This document shows positions 9,939 to 20,338 of a DNA stretch of 64,000 bases, piece after piece. A program made the position numbers and the translations under genes. Source of the stretch: Longimicrobiales bacterium (GTDB lineage: Bacteria > Gemmatimonadota > Gemmatimonadetes > Longimicrobiales > RSA9); the NCBI GenBank assembly GCA_036381195.1, contig DASVDH010000112.1, forward strand, positions 18,757-82,756, in the 5' to 3' direction. Position 1 is the stretch's first letter, and every line of letters starts with the position of its first letter. Under the pieces are notes generated by a model that was not told the origin of the DNA, searched no databases, and saw nothing but the letters and a program-made list of their open reading frames with translations.

Positions 9939-10847
9939 CTACGGTTCGGGGACCAGCGTCGGCCGCTCCTGGGCCGGATCGAGCCGGCCCCACGCTACCG
10001 CCGGGTCGTGCTCGAAGATCAGGAGCCAACTCTCCTCGCGCGCCTGCGCGAGCAGCCGCCGCTTGGTCTCGAGCGTCACGAGCGGCTCCACGTCGTACCC
10101 CATGATCCAGGGCAGCGGCAGGTGCGCGGCTGTCGGCACCAGGTCTGCCAGGTAGCACGCGACCTCGCCCTCCGAAGAGAGGACCACGGACTGGTGGTGC
10201 GGCGTGTGGCCCGGCGTGTGCACCACGCGCACGCCCGGCACCACCTCCCGATCTCCGCTCACCAGCTCGAAGCGCCCGGCCTCGTGCACGGGGTCGAAGT
10301 TGTGCGGCAGGTAACTCGCCCGCACCCGCTCGTTGCGGGAGTGCGCCCACTCCCACTCGCCTCCCTGCACAACGTAGCGCGCCCGCGGGAACGAGAGCCG
10401 GATCGCACCGTCCGCATCGCGGTACGTGTTCCCTCCCGCGTGGTCGAAGTGCAGGTGCGTATCAATCACGACATCCACATCCTCCGGCGCGAAGCCCGCG
10501 TCCCGCAGGGCATCCTCCAGGCGCGTCGGCGAGCCGGCGTTCTCCACGCCGTAGATGTCCAGGAACTTCGCGTCCTCCTTGTTGCCCACGCCGTTGTCCA
10601 CCAGCACCAGCGCGTCCGGCGTCTCGACCAGCAGGCAGCGCAGCGCGAGCGGGATGCGGTTGCGCTCGTCTGCCGGGATCCGCTTCTCCCACAGCGGCTT
10701 CGGCACCACCCCGAACATCGCGCCGCCGTCCAGCCGCTGGAGCCCCGCCTCCAGCGCGTGCAGTCGGAACCGTCCCAGCGTGCGCGTGCGGCGCAGCGGC
10801 AGATCTGCCGCGCTCTGCGCCGTCGGCAGCGCCTCACGCGCGCTCAC
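9939..10847 (-). CDS. MBL-fold metallo-hydrolase
   Basis: Motifs THLHFDHAGG (HxHxDH) and HTPGHTPHH. The track start is GTG 10910. I prefer GTG 10847, which follows GGGAGGG. The start remains uncertain. Confidence 0.78.
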   Translation of the reverse strand: MSAREALPTAQSAADLPLRRTRTLGRFRLHALEAGLQRLDGGAMFGVVPKPLWEKRIPADERNRIPLALRCLLVETPDALVLVDNGVGNKEDAKFLDIYGVENAGSPTRLEDALRDAGFAPEDVDVVIDTHLHFDHAGGNTYRDADGAIRLSFPRARYVVQGGEWEWAHSRNERVRASYLPHNFDPVHEAGRFELVSGDREVVPGVRVVHTPGHTPHHQSVVLSSEGEVACYLADLVPTAAHLPLPWIMGYDVEPLVTLETKRRLLAQAREESWLLIFEHDPAVAWGRLDPAQERPTLVPEP

Positions 10848-10946
10848 CGGCCCTCCCGCGCGCCGCGCGCCGCCGCGCGCCGCCGAATCCCGCACGCCCT
10901 CACCCTGCACCTCCCACGCCCTCGCCCTTGCCCTGGCCCTCGCCCT

Positions 10947-11747
10947 TCATACCGAATCCATCCACGTCGGCAGCGACGTGCGGCGCCGGCGCCGCGGCGC
11001 GCGCTGCGCGAGCAGCGATTCGAGCGCCGCCCAACCCTCGATCTCCAGCTCCGCCACCCGCTCGAACAGCCGACGCAGCACCTCCACCGTCGCGCGCGCG
11101 TCCCCGTACGCGCGGTGCCGCGCCTCGTTCTCCACGCCGAAGTACTCCGTCAGCGCGTCGAGCGAGCGGCTGCGCACTTCCGGCACCACGCGCCGCGAGA
11201 GCCGCACGGTGCACAGCACCTTGCCTGTCGGCGCGCGCCCCGTCGCCCACTCCAGCTCCCTGCATACGAAGCTCCAGTCGAAGGCTGCGTTGTGTGCCAC
11301 GAAGACCCGGCCCTCCAGCAGTCGGTGCACCTGCTCCGCGATCTCGTGGAAACGCGGCGCGTCTGCCACCATCTCCTGCGTGATGCGCGTCAGCGCCGTG
11401 ACCGCCGGCGGGATCGGCCTCTCCGGGTTCACCAGCGTCTCCAGCGATTCGATCACGCGCCCGCTCCCGTCCAGACACCACGCCGCGATCTCCGTGATCC
11501 GATCGCCCCGGTACACCGACCCGCCCGTCGTCTCCACGTCCACCACGACGTACTCCAGCGAGCGCAGCGGCACATCCTCCACCGCCCCCGGCTCGGCGCC
11601 GTTGCCCGCCGCCGCGCCGTCACCACCTTCCGGGCCGGGGCCGCGCTCCTCCGCCCCCGCCCTGGCTCCAGGCAACGGGATTTCGAGCTGCTCGCCGAGG
11701 CGCGCCCTGCCGCCGCGGCCGTCGCCCCGCCGCGCGTCGCCCTTCAC
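10947..11747 (-). CDS. DEDDh 3'-5' exonuclease (DnaQ/epsilon-like)
   Basis: Motifs VVVDVETTG, VAHNAAFDWSF and HRAYGDA. An in-frame GTG at 11747 overlaps the ADI stop (GTGA), with AGAGGA 6 nt upstream. The upstream part of the 513-aa track ORF overlaps the ADI gene in another frame. Confidence 0.8.
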   Translation of the reverse strand: MKGDARRGDGRGGRARLGEQLEIPLPGARAGAEERGPGPEGGDGAAAGNGAEPGAVEDVPLRSLEYVVVDVETTGGSVYRGDRITEIAAWCLDGSGRVIESLETLVNPERPIPPAVTALTRITQEMVADAPRFHEIAEQVHRLLEGRVFVAHNAAFDWSFVCRELEWATGRAPTGKVLCTVRLSRRVVPEVRSRSLDALTEYFGVENEARHRAYGDARATVEVLRRLFERVAELEIEGWAALESLLAQRAPRRRRRTSLPTWMDSV

Positions 11748-12988
11748 CAGATGTCCTCTCGCCTGACCGGCAGCGTCATGCACCGCGCGCCGCCGCCGCC
11801 GCGGACCAGCTCCGCACCCTCGAACGTGATGACCGCCTTCTCGTCTTCCTCGATCTCCGCCTCGCCCGTCAGGAAGTCCAGCCCCGCCACGATCCGGTAG
11901 CCGGCCTCCCGCTCCATCTCCGCGTACGTCGCCTCGTTGCGCGAATAGCCGAGCACCAGCCCGGGCCGCACCGCGACGAAATTGCACCCGCTCGACCACT
12001 GCTCGCGTTCCTGCAGCGCCCGCTTGGTGCCGCCACAGAACACCGGCTCCAGCGGCAGGCCCACCTCGCGCAGCGCGGCGAACAGGTTGGGCATCTCCCG
12101 CATGCCCTTCCGCCCCGCATGATAGTGGAGCACGCTGCAGCGCGTCGGCCCGATGAACAGCGGCGGGAAGATCACGCAGTGATCCCGATCCACCATCGTG
12201 AAGATCATGTCGAGGTGGATCATCGCACGGTCCGTCGGCAGCACCACTACCAGGATGTCCCGGATCCCGACCTGCTTCACCAGCCGGTCCGCGATCGCAT
12301 CGAACGCGCCCGGGCTCGACCGCTCCGACAGCCCCATGATGACCAGGTCCGGCCTCAGCACGTGCAGGTCGCCGCCCTCCAGCGTGTAGCCCGCCCGCCG
12401 CTCCTCGCTGCCATCGTAGATCAGCGCCTCCCGCCGCAGTCGCGGGTGGTACGTGAACAGGGCCTTCATCAGGATCTCTTCCGTCCACCGCACCGTGTAC
12501 CGCATCGACCCGATCACCACCCCATCCCCCACCACCATCGCCGCATCCCGCGTGAAGTACAGGTTCGGCAGCGGCGGCAGCTCGTAGCTCGCGACGTTCA
12601 GGATCTGCTGTAGCGGGCCCTCCTCCTCCTCCCGCCCCTCGATGAACAGGCCCACCAGCTCCGCCGCGGGCAACTCCAGCAGCTCACGCGCGAGCGGCTC
12701 CGACTGCGCCACGTCCATCACTCGCTCGATCAGGAACGGGCGCACCTCCGGCAGGTCCGCGATCTCCTCGAGCAGATCCCGCACCTCGTACACCTCGCAG
12801 AAACGCGAGAGGATCGCCTTGAACCGATGATGCTCCCGGCGAGCCTGCTCGAGGTCGATGATGTCGTCGTAGAGGAAGTCCTCCCGCGTCGCGGGCGTCA
12901 CCGCCAGCACCTCCGGGCCGGGTGTATGGCAGATCACCGCCCGTAGCGGGCCGATCTCCGACGTGACGTGAACCTTCGAGTCGTCCAT
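11744..12988 (-). CDS. arcA: Arginine deiminase family protein
   Basis: 414 aa. N-terminal SEIGPLRAVICHTPG and the C-terminal catalytic Cys context GGGGARCMTLP. ATG lies 8 nt after the rex stop. Confidence 0.85.
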   Translation of the reverse strand: MDDSKVHVTSEIGPLRAVICHTPGPEVLAVTPATREDFLYDDIIDLEQARREHHRFKAILSRFCEVYEVRDLLEEIADLPEVRPFLIERVMDVAQSEPLARELLELPAAELVGLFIEGREEEEGPLQQILNVASYELPPLPNLYFTRDAAMVVGDGVVIGSMRYTVRWTEEILMKALFTYHPRLRREALIYDGSEERRAGYTLEGGDLHVLRPDLVIMGLSERSSPGAFDAIADRLVKQVGIRDILVVVLPTDRAMIHLDMIFTMVDRDHCVIFPPLFIGPTRCSVLHYHAGRKGMREMPNLFAALREVGLPLEPVFCGGTKRALQEREQWSSGCNFVAVRPGLVLGYSRNEATYAEMEREAGYRIVAGLDFLTGEAEIEEDEKAVITFEGAELVRGGGGARCMTLPVRREDIW

Positions 12989-12995
12989 ACCCGCC

Positions 12996-13664
12996 TCAGC
13001 TCCGGTCGCAGCCGACGCCCCGCCGCCGGCCCGCCGCCTCGCGCTCCCCGTTCGACAGCGCGTACGAAAGGCCTTCCAGCTCCACCGTCATGTTCACGCT
13101 CCTCAGCGTGACATGCGGCGGCACGTGCAGCTTCGTCGGCGCGAAGTTCAGGATCCCCCGCACCCCGGCCCGCACCGCCCGATCCACCACCCCCTGCGCG
13201 GCGTCCGCCGGCACCGCGACGATCACGATGTCGATCTCCTGCTCCCGCAGCACGGCCTCCATGTCCGCTGCCGACCGCACTTCCAGCCCATCCCAGCGCT
13301 GGCCGATCTTGCCGGGGTCCGCATCGAACACCGCCTCCACGTAGAATCCCTGCCGCCTGAAGTCCTGGTACCCGAGGAGCGCCGCTCCGATCTTGCCCAC
13401 CCCCACCAGCGCCACCCGCCACCGCCGCTCCAATCCCAGGATCGAACGCAGCTTCGCCACCAGGTCCGGAACCCCGTACCCCAGACCTCGCTTGCCGAAC
13501 GTTCCGAAGAACGAAAGGTCCTTCCGCACCTGCGCCGCTGTCGTGCCGCCGCGCCGCGCCAGTTCGTCGCTCGACACGGTGCTCTGCCCCTGCTCCTGTA
13601 GCTCGCTCAGGATCCGCAGGTAAAGCGACAGGCGGCTCACGGTGGGGTCCGAGACCTTCTTCAT
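12996..13664 (-). CDS. rex: Redox-sensing transcriptional repressor Rex
   Basis: Winged-helix N-terminus (RLSLYLRIL, SSDELA) and Rossmann motif VALVGVGKIGAAL. ATG 13664 was chosen because the earlier in-frame starts lie within or upstream of the operator and predicted promoter. Confidence 0.9.
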   Translation of the reverse strand: MKKVSDPTVSRLSLYLRILSELQEQGQSTVSSDELARRGGTTAAQVRKDLSFFGTFGKRGLGYGVPDLVAKLRSILGLERRWRVALVGVGKIGAALLGYQDFRRQGFYVEAVFDADPGKIGQRWDGLEVRSAADMEAVLREQEIDIVIVAVPADAAQGVVDRAVRAGVRGILNFAPTKLHVPPHVTLRSVNMTVELEGLSYALSNGEREAAGRRRGVGCDRS

Positions 13665-13692
13665 CGTGCGGGACTCCCAGCTCACCGGCATC

Positions 13693-13710
13693 TTGTGAAC
13701 AGTTTCACAA
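13693..13710. promoter_or_regulatory. Rex operator (ROP box)
   Basis: TTGTGAA-CAGT-TTCACAA, with perfect inverted half-sites matching the Rex consensus TTGTGAAnnnnTTCACAA. It sits 29 nt upstream of the rex ATG. Confidence 0.8.
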
Positions 13711-13713
13711 ATC

Positions 13714-13743
13714 AACCTATCCAGAAAACCCGACGCCCGTCAA
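13714..13743 (-). promoter_or_regulatory. Candidate sigma70-type promoter of rex
   Basis: Minus strand reads TTGACG-N18-TAGGTT. The Rex box starts 4 nt downstream of the -10 element. Confidence 0.4.
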
Positions 13744-13891
13744 TGCCGCGCGCACGATCCGGGGCGCGCCGACCCACGCCGCGCGTCGCCGGCGCCATCA
13801 CCTCACTCGGACCCGCACGAGCCCGCCGCGTTCCCGATCCCCGCGCCTCCGGCCGGGTGGACGCGGGCAACCGGAGTCTGCGGATCCGGTG

Positions 13892-15253
<1,362 letters not shown>

Positions 15254-15326
15254 GAGTAGCTCCCCGCCCTGACCGGCACGCGCGTCCCGGCGTCCTCCAC
15301 CCGGCTGCGTACGACGGCGGCCCCGC

Positions 15327-16190
15327 TCACGCGCCCTCCATCCCCGGCGCCTCGCCCGGCGCTCCGGGCGACGACCCTCCCCGCGGATACCCTCGCTTCC
15401 TCAGCACGCGCATCAGGCTCACGAACTCTTCGGGTGAGAGTGTCTCGGGCCGCCGCTCCGGCTCGATCCCGCTCTCGCGGGCGACGGCCTCCAACTCCTG
15501 CGCATCGAGCCGATACCCATCGGCGGTACGCAGGATCTTCTGCAGTTGCTTCCGGCGCCAGCCGAAGGCCGCACGCGTGAGCGTGCGCAGGTCCACCCGC
15601 TCCTCGGGTGCCAGCCGCGCCGGCCGGTAGGGCACGATCAGCACGACCGTCGAGTCAACGTCCGGCACGGGGCGGAACGCGGCGCGGCCGACGTGGAAAA
15701 GCCGTCTCACCCGAGCCACGGCGCGCATCCCCACGCTCAGCGCGCCGTAGTTCTTCTCTCCCGGCTCCGCGAGGAGCCGGTCCGCCACCTCACGCTGCAC
15801 CATGACCACGATGCGCTCCGGATTCAGCTCTGACTCGAGGAGGCGGAACAGGAGTGGCGACGTGATGTTGTACGGGATGTTGCCCACCACCTTGACGCGA
15901 TCGGGCTCCCGCACGAGCGCGCCCAGGTCCACCTCCAGCACGTCCCCGTGCACCACCTCGACGTGCGGCATCCCTGCGAATTCATCCCGGAGCGCGGCAG
16001 CGAGGTCATCATCCTTCTCGATGGCGACGACACGCCCCGCCTGCGCCGCGAGGTGACGCGTCAGCGCGCCGGTGCCGGGGCCGATCTCGAGCACCTCGTC
16101 CGCGGGCCCGGCCTCGAGCGCCGCCACGATCTTGCGCTGGATGTTGGGGTCGACCAGGAAGTTCTGGCCCAGCGACCGCTTGGCGCGCAC
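15327..16190 (-). CDS. rsmA: 16S rRNA (adenine1518/1519-N6)-dimethyltransferase
   Basis: Motifs [16 protein letters not shown] and GNIPYNITS. In-frame GTG 16190 lies 5 nt after the upstream stop. The rest of the track ORF is a run-on. Confidence 0.9.
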   Translation of the reverse strand: MRAKRSLGQNFLVDPNIQRKIVAALEAGPADEVLEIGPGTGALTRHLAAQAGRVVAIEKDDDLAAALRDEFAGMPHVEVVHGDVLEVDLGALVREPDRVKVVGNIPYNITSPLLFRLLESELNPERIVVMVQREVADRLLAEPGEKNYGALSVGMRAVARVRRLFHVGRAAFRPVPDVDSTVVLIVPYRPARLAPEERVDLRTLTRAAFGWRRKQLQKILRTADGYRLDAQELEAVARESGIEPERRPETLSPEEFVSLMRVLRKRGYPRGGSSPGAPGEAPGMEGA

Positions 16191-16197
16191 GGCCGCA

Positions 16198-17775
16198 TCA
16201 GATGCGCACGAGCACGGCCGTGCGGTCGTCGGGCGGCACGGCCGTCTCCGCGTTCCCGGTGAGGTCGAAGATGTGCTCGAGGATCTTCGTGGGCGGGCGG
16301 TCCCGAAGCCGCGCCACCTCGGCCAGCAGCGCGGCTTCGCCGGCGCGGCCCCCGCTCGCGAACGCATCGGACAGCCCGTCCGTGAACAGGCACAGCAGGT
16401 CGCGCCCACGCTCCCATTCGCTCGCGGCCTCGCCATACTCCGGCAGCGCAACCGTCCCCAGCGCCGGGCTCGTCGCACCCAGACGGTGCGCCGAGCCATC
16501 CGACCCGATGCGGAACGCTTGCGGGTGTCCCGCGTTCGCGTACACGATGCGCCCGCCGCGCGCGTCGAGCACGCCGTAAAACAGCGAGACGTACATCTCC
16601 GTCGTCTCCAGCTCGTCGATGATCGCCGCGTGCACGCGCGCGACCACCTCTCCCGGCGGCCGCGCCTCCAGCGCGTAGATCGCGACCGCACTGATCGTCA
16701 GCGCCATGATCAGTGAGGCGGGGAAGCCGTGGCCCGAGACATCCCCGATCAGCACTCCGAGCCGATCGCCGGCGAGGGGGAACAGGTGGTAGAAGTCCCC
16801 GCCCACGGACTCGGCCGGGGCGCAGCGCGCCGCGATCTCTGCCGGCGTCGCCAGCTTCGAGATGTCCGGCAGCAGCTTGAGCTGGAGGTCGTGCGCCAGC
16901 TCGAGCTCGCGCTCCAGCCGCTCCCGCCGCAGGCTCTCCCGCACCAGACGCTGCATCTCGAGCGCCGCGCCGATCTGGCTCGCGATCGCAGCCAGCAACC
17001 GCGCGTCACCCGCGTCGAACGCCTCACTCGTCCACCGCCCCACCAGGTTGATCACGCCCACCGTCCGGCTCGGACCCTCGGGCGGCGTGTACGGGATCGG
17101 GACGGAGAGAAACGGCTCTCCGCGGCGCGGGGGCGGCTCCAGCCGCGGGCCGCGGGGCCGCGCCACGGCCCGCTCGATGTTGCGCGCCCGGCGCGCACGG
17201 AACACCTGCGCGGTGATCGACTCCGGGTCGTCCGGCGAGATCGGCCCCGTCAGCCCCTCCTCACCCACGGCAGCGGCGAGGTGCAGGTACCCGTCCTCCG
17301 GCTCGTAGACCCAGAGCGATGCACGCCGCGCCCCCAGCACGTCCGCCACCTCGGCCAGAATGCGTTGGCCCGCCGCTTCCACGGACAGGACCGAGCCGAG
17401 CGTCTCGCTGATCGAGTAGAGGAGGTTGATCTCCTCGTAGCGCTCGGCCAGCTCCTCCGCGGCCAGGCGGGCCTCGGTTTCGTAGCTCAGGACCTGCGCC
17501 AGCGCCTCGGCCAGGAACTCGGCCTCCCGTTCCGTGACCGCGCCGCCCTCCACCTCCAGCTCGAAGACGCCGTCCCCCCCCGGGAGGCGGCGGGAGCCCG
17601 GCCCGGGCCCTTCACCGACCGCCGCCGCCCCGGGATAGAGGCACGTCCACCCCTCCGGCCCCAGCGTCCACAGGCGGACCTCCACGCCCTCGTGGACGCG
17701 GCGGAACACGTCCAGCAGCTCGCTGACGCCGCCGCTCGCTCCGAGGGCCGGGGCGACCGCCCGCACGGTGCTCAC
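16198..17775 (-). CDS. GAF domain-containing PP2C/SpoIIE-family serine phosphatase (RsbU-like)
   Basis: A GAF-like region is followed by GGDFYHLF, GDVSGHGFPASLIM and FTDGLSDA. GTG 17775 overlaps the kinase stop (GTGA). Confidence 0.85.
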   Translation of the reverse strand: MSTVRAVAPALGASGGVSELLDVFRRVHEGVEVRLWTLGPEGWTCLYPGAAAVGEGPGPGSRRLPGGDGVFELEVEGGAVTEREAEFLAEALAQVLSYETEARLAAEELAERYEEINLLYSISETLGSVLSVEAAGQRILAEVADVLGARRASLWVYEPEDGYLHLAAAVGEEGLTGPISPDDPESITAQVFRARRARNIERAVARPRGPRLEPPPRRGEPFLSVPIPYTPPEGPSRTVGVINLVGRWTSEAFDAGDARLLAAIASQIGAALEMQRLVRESLRRERLERELELAHDLQLKLLPDISKLATPAEIAARCAPAESVGGDFYHLFPLAGDRLGVLIGDVSGHGFPASLIMALTISAVAIYALEARPPGEVVARVHAAIIDELETTEMYVSLFYGVLDARGGRIVYANAGHPQAFRIGSDGSAHRLGATSPALGTVALPEYGEAASEWERGRDLLCLFTDGLSDAFASGGRAGEAALLAEVARLRDRPPTKILEHIFDLTGNAETAVPPDDRTAVLVRI

Positions 17776-18209
17776 CGCCGCGCCCGCGTCGGCCCGCGCC
17801 GCTCGCCGCACACCAGGACCATCGTGATCGAGTTCCCCTGCTCGTTGAACTCGACCCGGTCCATCAACTTCCGGATCAGGAAGATCCCCCTCCCGCACGG
17901 CCGCGTCCGGTTGCCCGGCAGCGTCGGGTCCGAGAGCGCGCGCGGATCGAAGCCACGGCCCTCGTCCGTCACCCGCACGGTCACCTCGCTCGGGCTGACG
18001 TTCGCCTCCATGCGCACGCGCTTGGCGGGGTCTCGTCCGTTGCCGTACAGCATCGCGTTCGACAATGCTTCGGTTACGCCCACCCGCAGGTTCAACCGCA
18101 GCCGCGCATCATCGAAGCCGGCCTCCCGGCACCGGTTCACGAGCTGTTGCACCGCCCGCGCGATCGCACGCAGGTCGTTCGGCAGCTCTACGCTGTAGTC
18201 GGCATTCAT
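17772..18209 (-). CDS. Anti-sigma regulatory factor, serine protein kinase (RsbW/SpoIIAB-like HATPase)
   Basis: ATG 18209 (MNADYS). Motifs EALSNAMLYGN, DEGRGFD and GRGIFLIRKLMD. Confidence 0.8.
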   Translation of the reverse strand: MNADYSVELPNDLRAIARAVQQLVNRCREAGFDDARLRLNLRVGVTEALSNAMLYGNGRDPAKRVRMEANVSPSEVTVRVTDEGRGFDPRALSDPTLPGNRTRPCGRGIFLIRKLMDRVEFNEQGNSITMVLVCGERRGPTRARR

Positions 18210-18404
18210 GGCGTTCTGGTGCTCCCGGCAGCCAGCCGGCGGGGGCCGCGCCACAGGGCGGCGGCGCTGGCGCGGCCCGACGGGCCGCCGATCCGTTGCG
18301 CCTGCCGGCGTCGCCCGCGCACCCCTGCCGCTGGGCCGCCAGTGGGCCCGGCGCGAATCGCCGGGTCCCCTCAATTTAGCGAAGAGGACGGCGGAGGGAC
18401 AGGT

Positions 18405-18737
18405 TCAGAACGATGCGAGTGCCTCCTCTCTGGTATTCGCAATCTGGAAAAGTGTATCGAGTTTCGTCAACTCGAAGAGCGTCCGCAGGTCCTCGTTCAG
18501 GTTGGCCAGGCGCAGCTCGCCGCCCTGCTCCCGGATCTTCTTGGACAGGCTCACCAGCACGCCCAGGCCCGACGAGTCGATGTAGCCCGTGCGCGCGAAG
18601 TCGATGAGGAACTTGCGCGCCCCGCCCTCCAGTTCCTGGAGCACCTTTTGCTTCAGCTCCTGGCGGTTGCCGACGATGAGCTGGCCCTCGACGTCGATCG
18701 TCACGACATCGTTCTCTTTCTTCATCTGGAAGTTCAT
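18405..18737 (-). CDS. STAS-domain anti-sigma factor antagonist
   Basis: 110 aa. Typical SpoIIAA/RsbV fold pattern with the phosphorylatable Ser context YIDSSGLGVLV. Confidence 0.85.
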   Translation of the reverse strand: MNFQMKKENDVVTIDVEGQLIVGNRQELKQKVLQELEGGARKFLIDFARTGYIDSSGLGVLVSLSKKIREQGGELRLANLNEDLRTLFELTKLDTLFQIANTREEALASF

Positions 18738-18827
18738 GGCTCCCTCACGCGATCTCGGGGGTCGGCGGACACCCGCCGGATGGGCAAGTTCGGTGCCGCG
18801 TGCGGGCGGCGCAACCGCGCCGACGCT

Positions 18828-19826
18828 TCACGCCAGCAGCGCCGTGATGCATGCCACGTTGACGATGTCTTCGACGCTCGCGCCGCGCGACAGGTCGTTG
18901 CAGGGGCGGGCGAGCCCCTGCACGATCGGCCCGATCGCTTCTGCCCGCGCCAGCCGCTGGACGAGCTTGTACGCGATGTTCCCCGCGTCCAGGTTGGGGA
19001 AGACCAGCACGTTCGCGCGCCCGGCGACGGTCGAACGTGCGGCCTTCCGCGCGGCGACCTCGGGGATGAGCGCGGCATCCGCCTGCAGCTCGCCGTCTGC
19101 CGGCACCTCCGGCATGCGTTCCCGGAAGAGCGTGAGTGCGGCCCGCACCCGATCCACGCTGGCTCCCGGCGCGCTGCCGTGCGTCGAGTACGAGAGGAAT
19201 GCCACGCGCGGCTCGTCACCGACGATCTTGCGTCGCGCCTCGACCGCAGCCTGTGCGATGTCCGCGAGTTGTTTGGCCCCCGGTTCGGGAACCACCCCGG
19301 CATCCGTGAAGGTCAGGACTTCGGGTTCGTCGGTGCCCCGGAAGGGCGGCACCACCATGTAGAAGGAGGACGAGATCGTCTCGATCCCGGGCGCCGGCCC
19401 GATGCACCAGAGGGCCGCTCGCAGCACCTCCGCCGTCGTGTGCGCGGCCCCCGCGACCGAGCCATCCGCCTCTCCCGTACAGACGAGCATCGCCGCGAAG
19501 TAGAGCGGGTTGCTGACGTGCTCGAGCGCCTCCGCGCGGGTCATCCCACGGTGCTTGCGGCGCTCGGCCAGCTCCGCGGCGAACCGCTCGCGCCGCCCAT
19601 CGCGCGTCGGATCCAGCACCAGCACGCCGTCTCCGTCCCCCTCCGCTGCATCCACCGCCCGCCGCAGGTCCGCGGCTGGCGAGCCCAACAGGATGATCTC
19701 CATCACGCCCGCCCGCTGCAGCCGGGCGACGGCGTGGATCGTCCGGTCGTCGTGCCCTTCGGCGAACACGATCCGGCGCTTCAGCGCCGCCGCGCGCACC
19801 GGGAGCTGGTCCAGGAACTCGCTCAT
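18828..19826 (-). CDS. pta: Phosphate acetyltransferase (PTA_PTB family)
   Basis: 332 aa. Motifs AAHTTAEVL and NVLVFPNLDAGNIAYKLVQRLA..AIGPIVQGLARPCNDLSRGAS. The ATG overlaps the coaD stop (ATGA). Confidence 0.87.
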   Translation of the reverse strand: MSEFLDQLPVRAAALKRRIVFAEGHDDRTIHAVARLQRAGVMEIILLGSPAADLRRAVDAAEGDGDGVLVLDPTRDGRRERFAAELAERRKHRGMTRAEALEHVSNPLYFAAMLVCTGEADGSVAGAAHTTAEVLRAALWCIGPAPGIETISSSFYMVVPPFRGTDEPEVLTFTDAGVVPEPGAKQLADIAQAAVEARRKIVGDEPRVAFLSYSTHGSAPGASVDRVRAALTLFRERMPEVPADGELQADAALIPEVAARKAARSTVAGRANVLVFPNLDAGNIAYKLVQRLARAEAIGPIVQGLARPCNDLSRGASVEDIVNVACITALLA

Positions 19827-20338
19827 CGGCCATGCCGTGCGGCCGCGTATTTCTCGCTCAGCCGTGCGTGGACGGCCGGTGCGACCAGCCCGCTCACGTC
19901 CCCGCCCAGCGATGCGATCTCCCGCACCAGCGAAGCGGACAGGAACGAGTACTGCACGTCCGGCGCGAGGAACAGGGTCTCCACCTCGGGCCAGAGCTGC
20001 CGGTTCATCAGGGCCATCTGGAACTCGTACTCGAAATCCGAAACCGCGCGCAGCCCGCGGATGATGAGACGGGCGCGCTGCCGTTGCGCGAACTCGACGA
20101 GCAGCCCTTCGAACGCCGTGACCTCGACGCGCGGCTCTCCTGCGAACACCTCGCGGATCATGTCGACCCGCTCCTGCACCGAGAAGAGCCCTTGCTTCGC
20201 CTGCGTCGAACGGTGCGCGACCGCCACGATGATGCGGTCCACGAAACTCAGCGCTCGGCGTACGATGTCCTCGTGCCCGTTGGTGATCGGGTCGAACGAC
20301 CCGGGGTAGATCGCGAGCCGTGCGGTCCTGTCGCTCAT
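19823..20338 (-). CDS. coaD: Pantetheine-phosphate adenylyltransferase
   Basis: ATG 20338 (MSDRTARLAIYPGSFDPITNGHEDI). It overlaps the rsmD stop (ATGA). Confidence 0.93.
   Translation of the reverse strand: MSDRTARLAIYPGSFDPITNGHEDIVRRALSFVDRIIVAVAHRSTQAKQGLFSVQERVDMIREVFAGEPRVEVTAFEGLLVEFAQRQRARLIIRGLRAVSDFEYEFQMALMNRQLWPEVETLFLAPDVQYSFLSASLVREIASLGGDVSGLVAPAVHARLSEKYAAARHGR

Noticed and set aside
10947-12488. ORF-track entries that fuse a real gene to an upstream in-frame run-on. Examples: 513 aa here, 5417..7276, 15327..16691, 19823..20770, 37157..38239, 44159..45364, 50065..51402 and 52109..54064.
   Set aside because: The upstream portions overlap neighbouring well-supported genes in another frame and are low-complexity. 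Internal ATG or GTG starts with SD sequences or 4-nt stop/start overlaps give products of normal length.
18405-18737. Visibly lower GC in the STAS gene as a sign of horizontal transfer.
   Set aside because: The drop is confined to one 110-codon gene rich in K, N, F, I and E codons. The flanks show no mobility genes or repeats. Amino-acid composition explains it.
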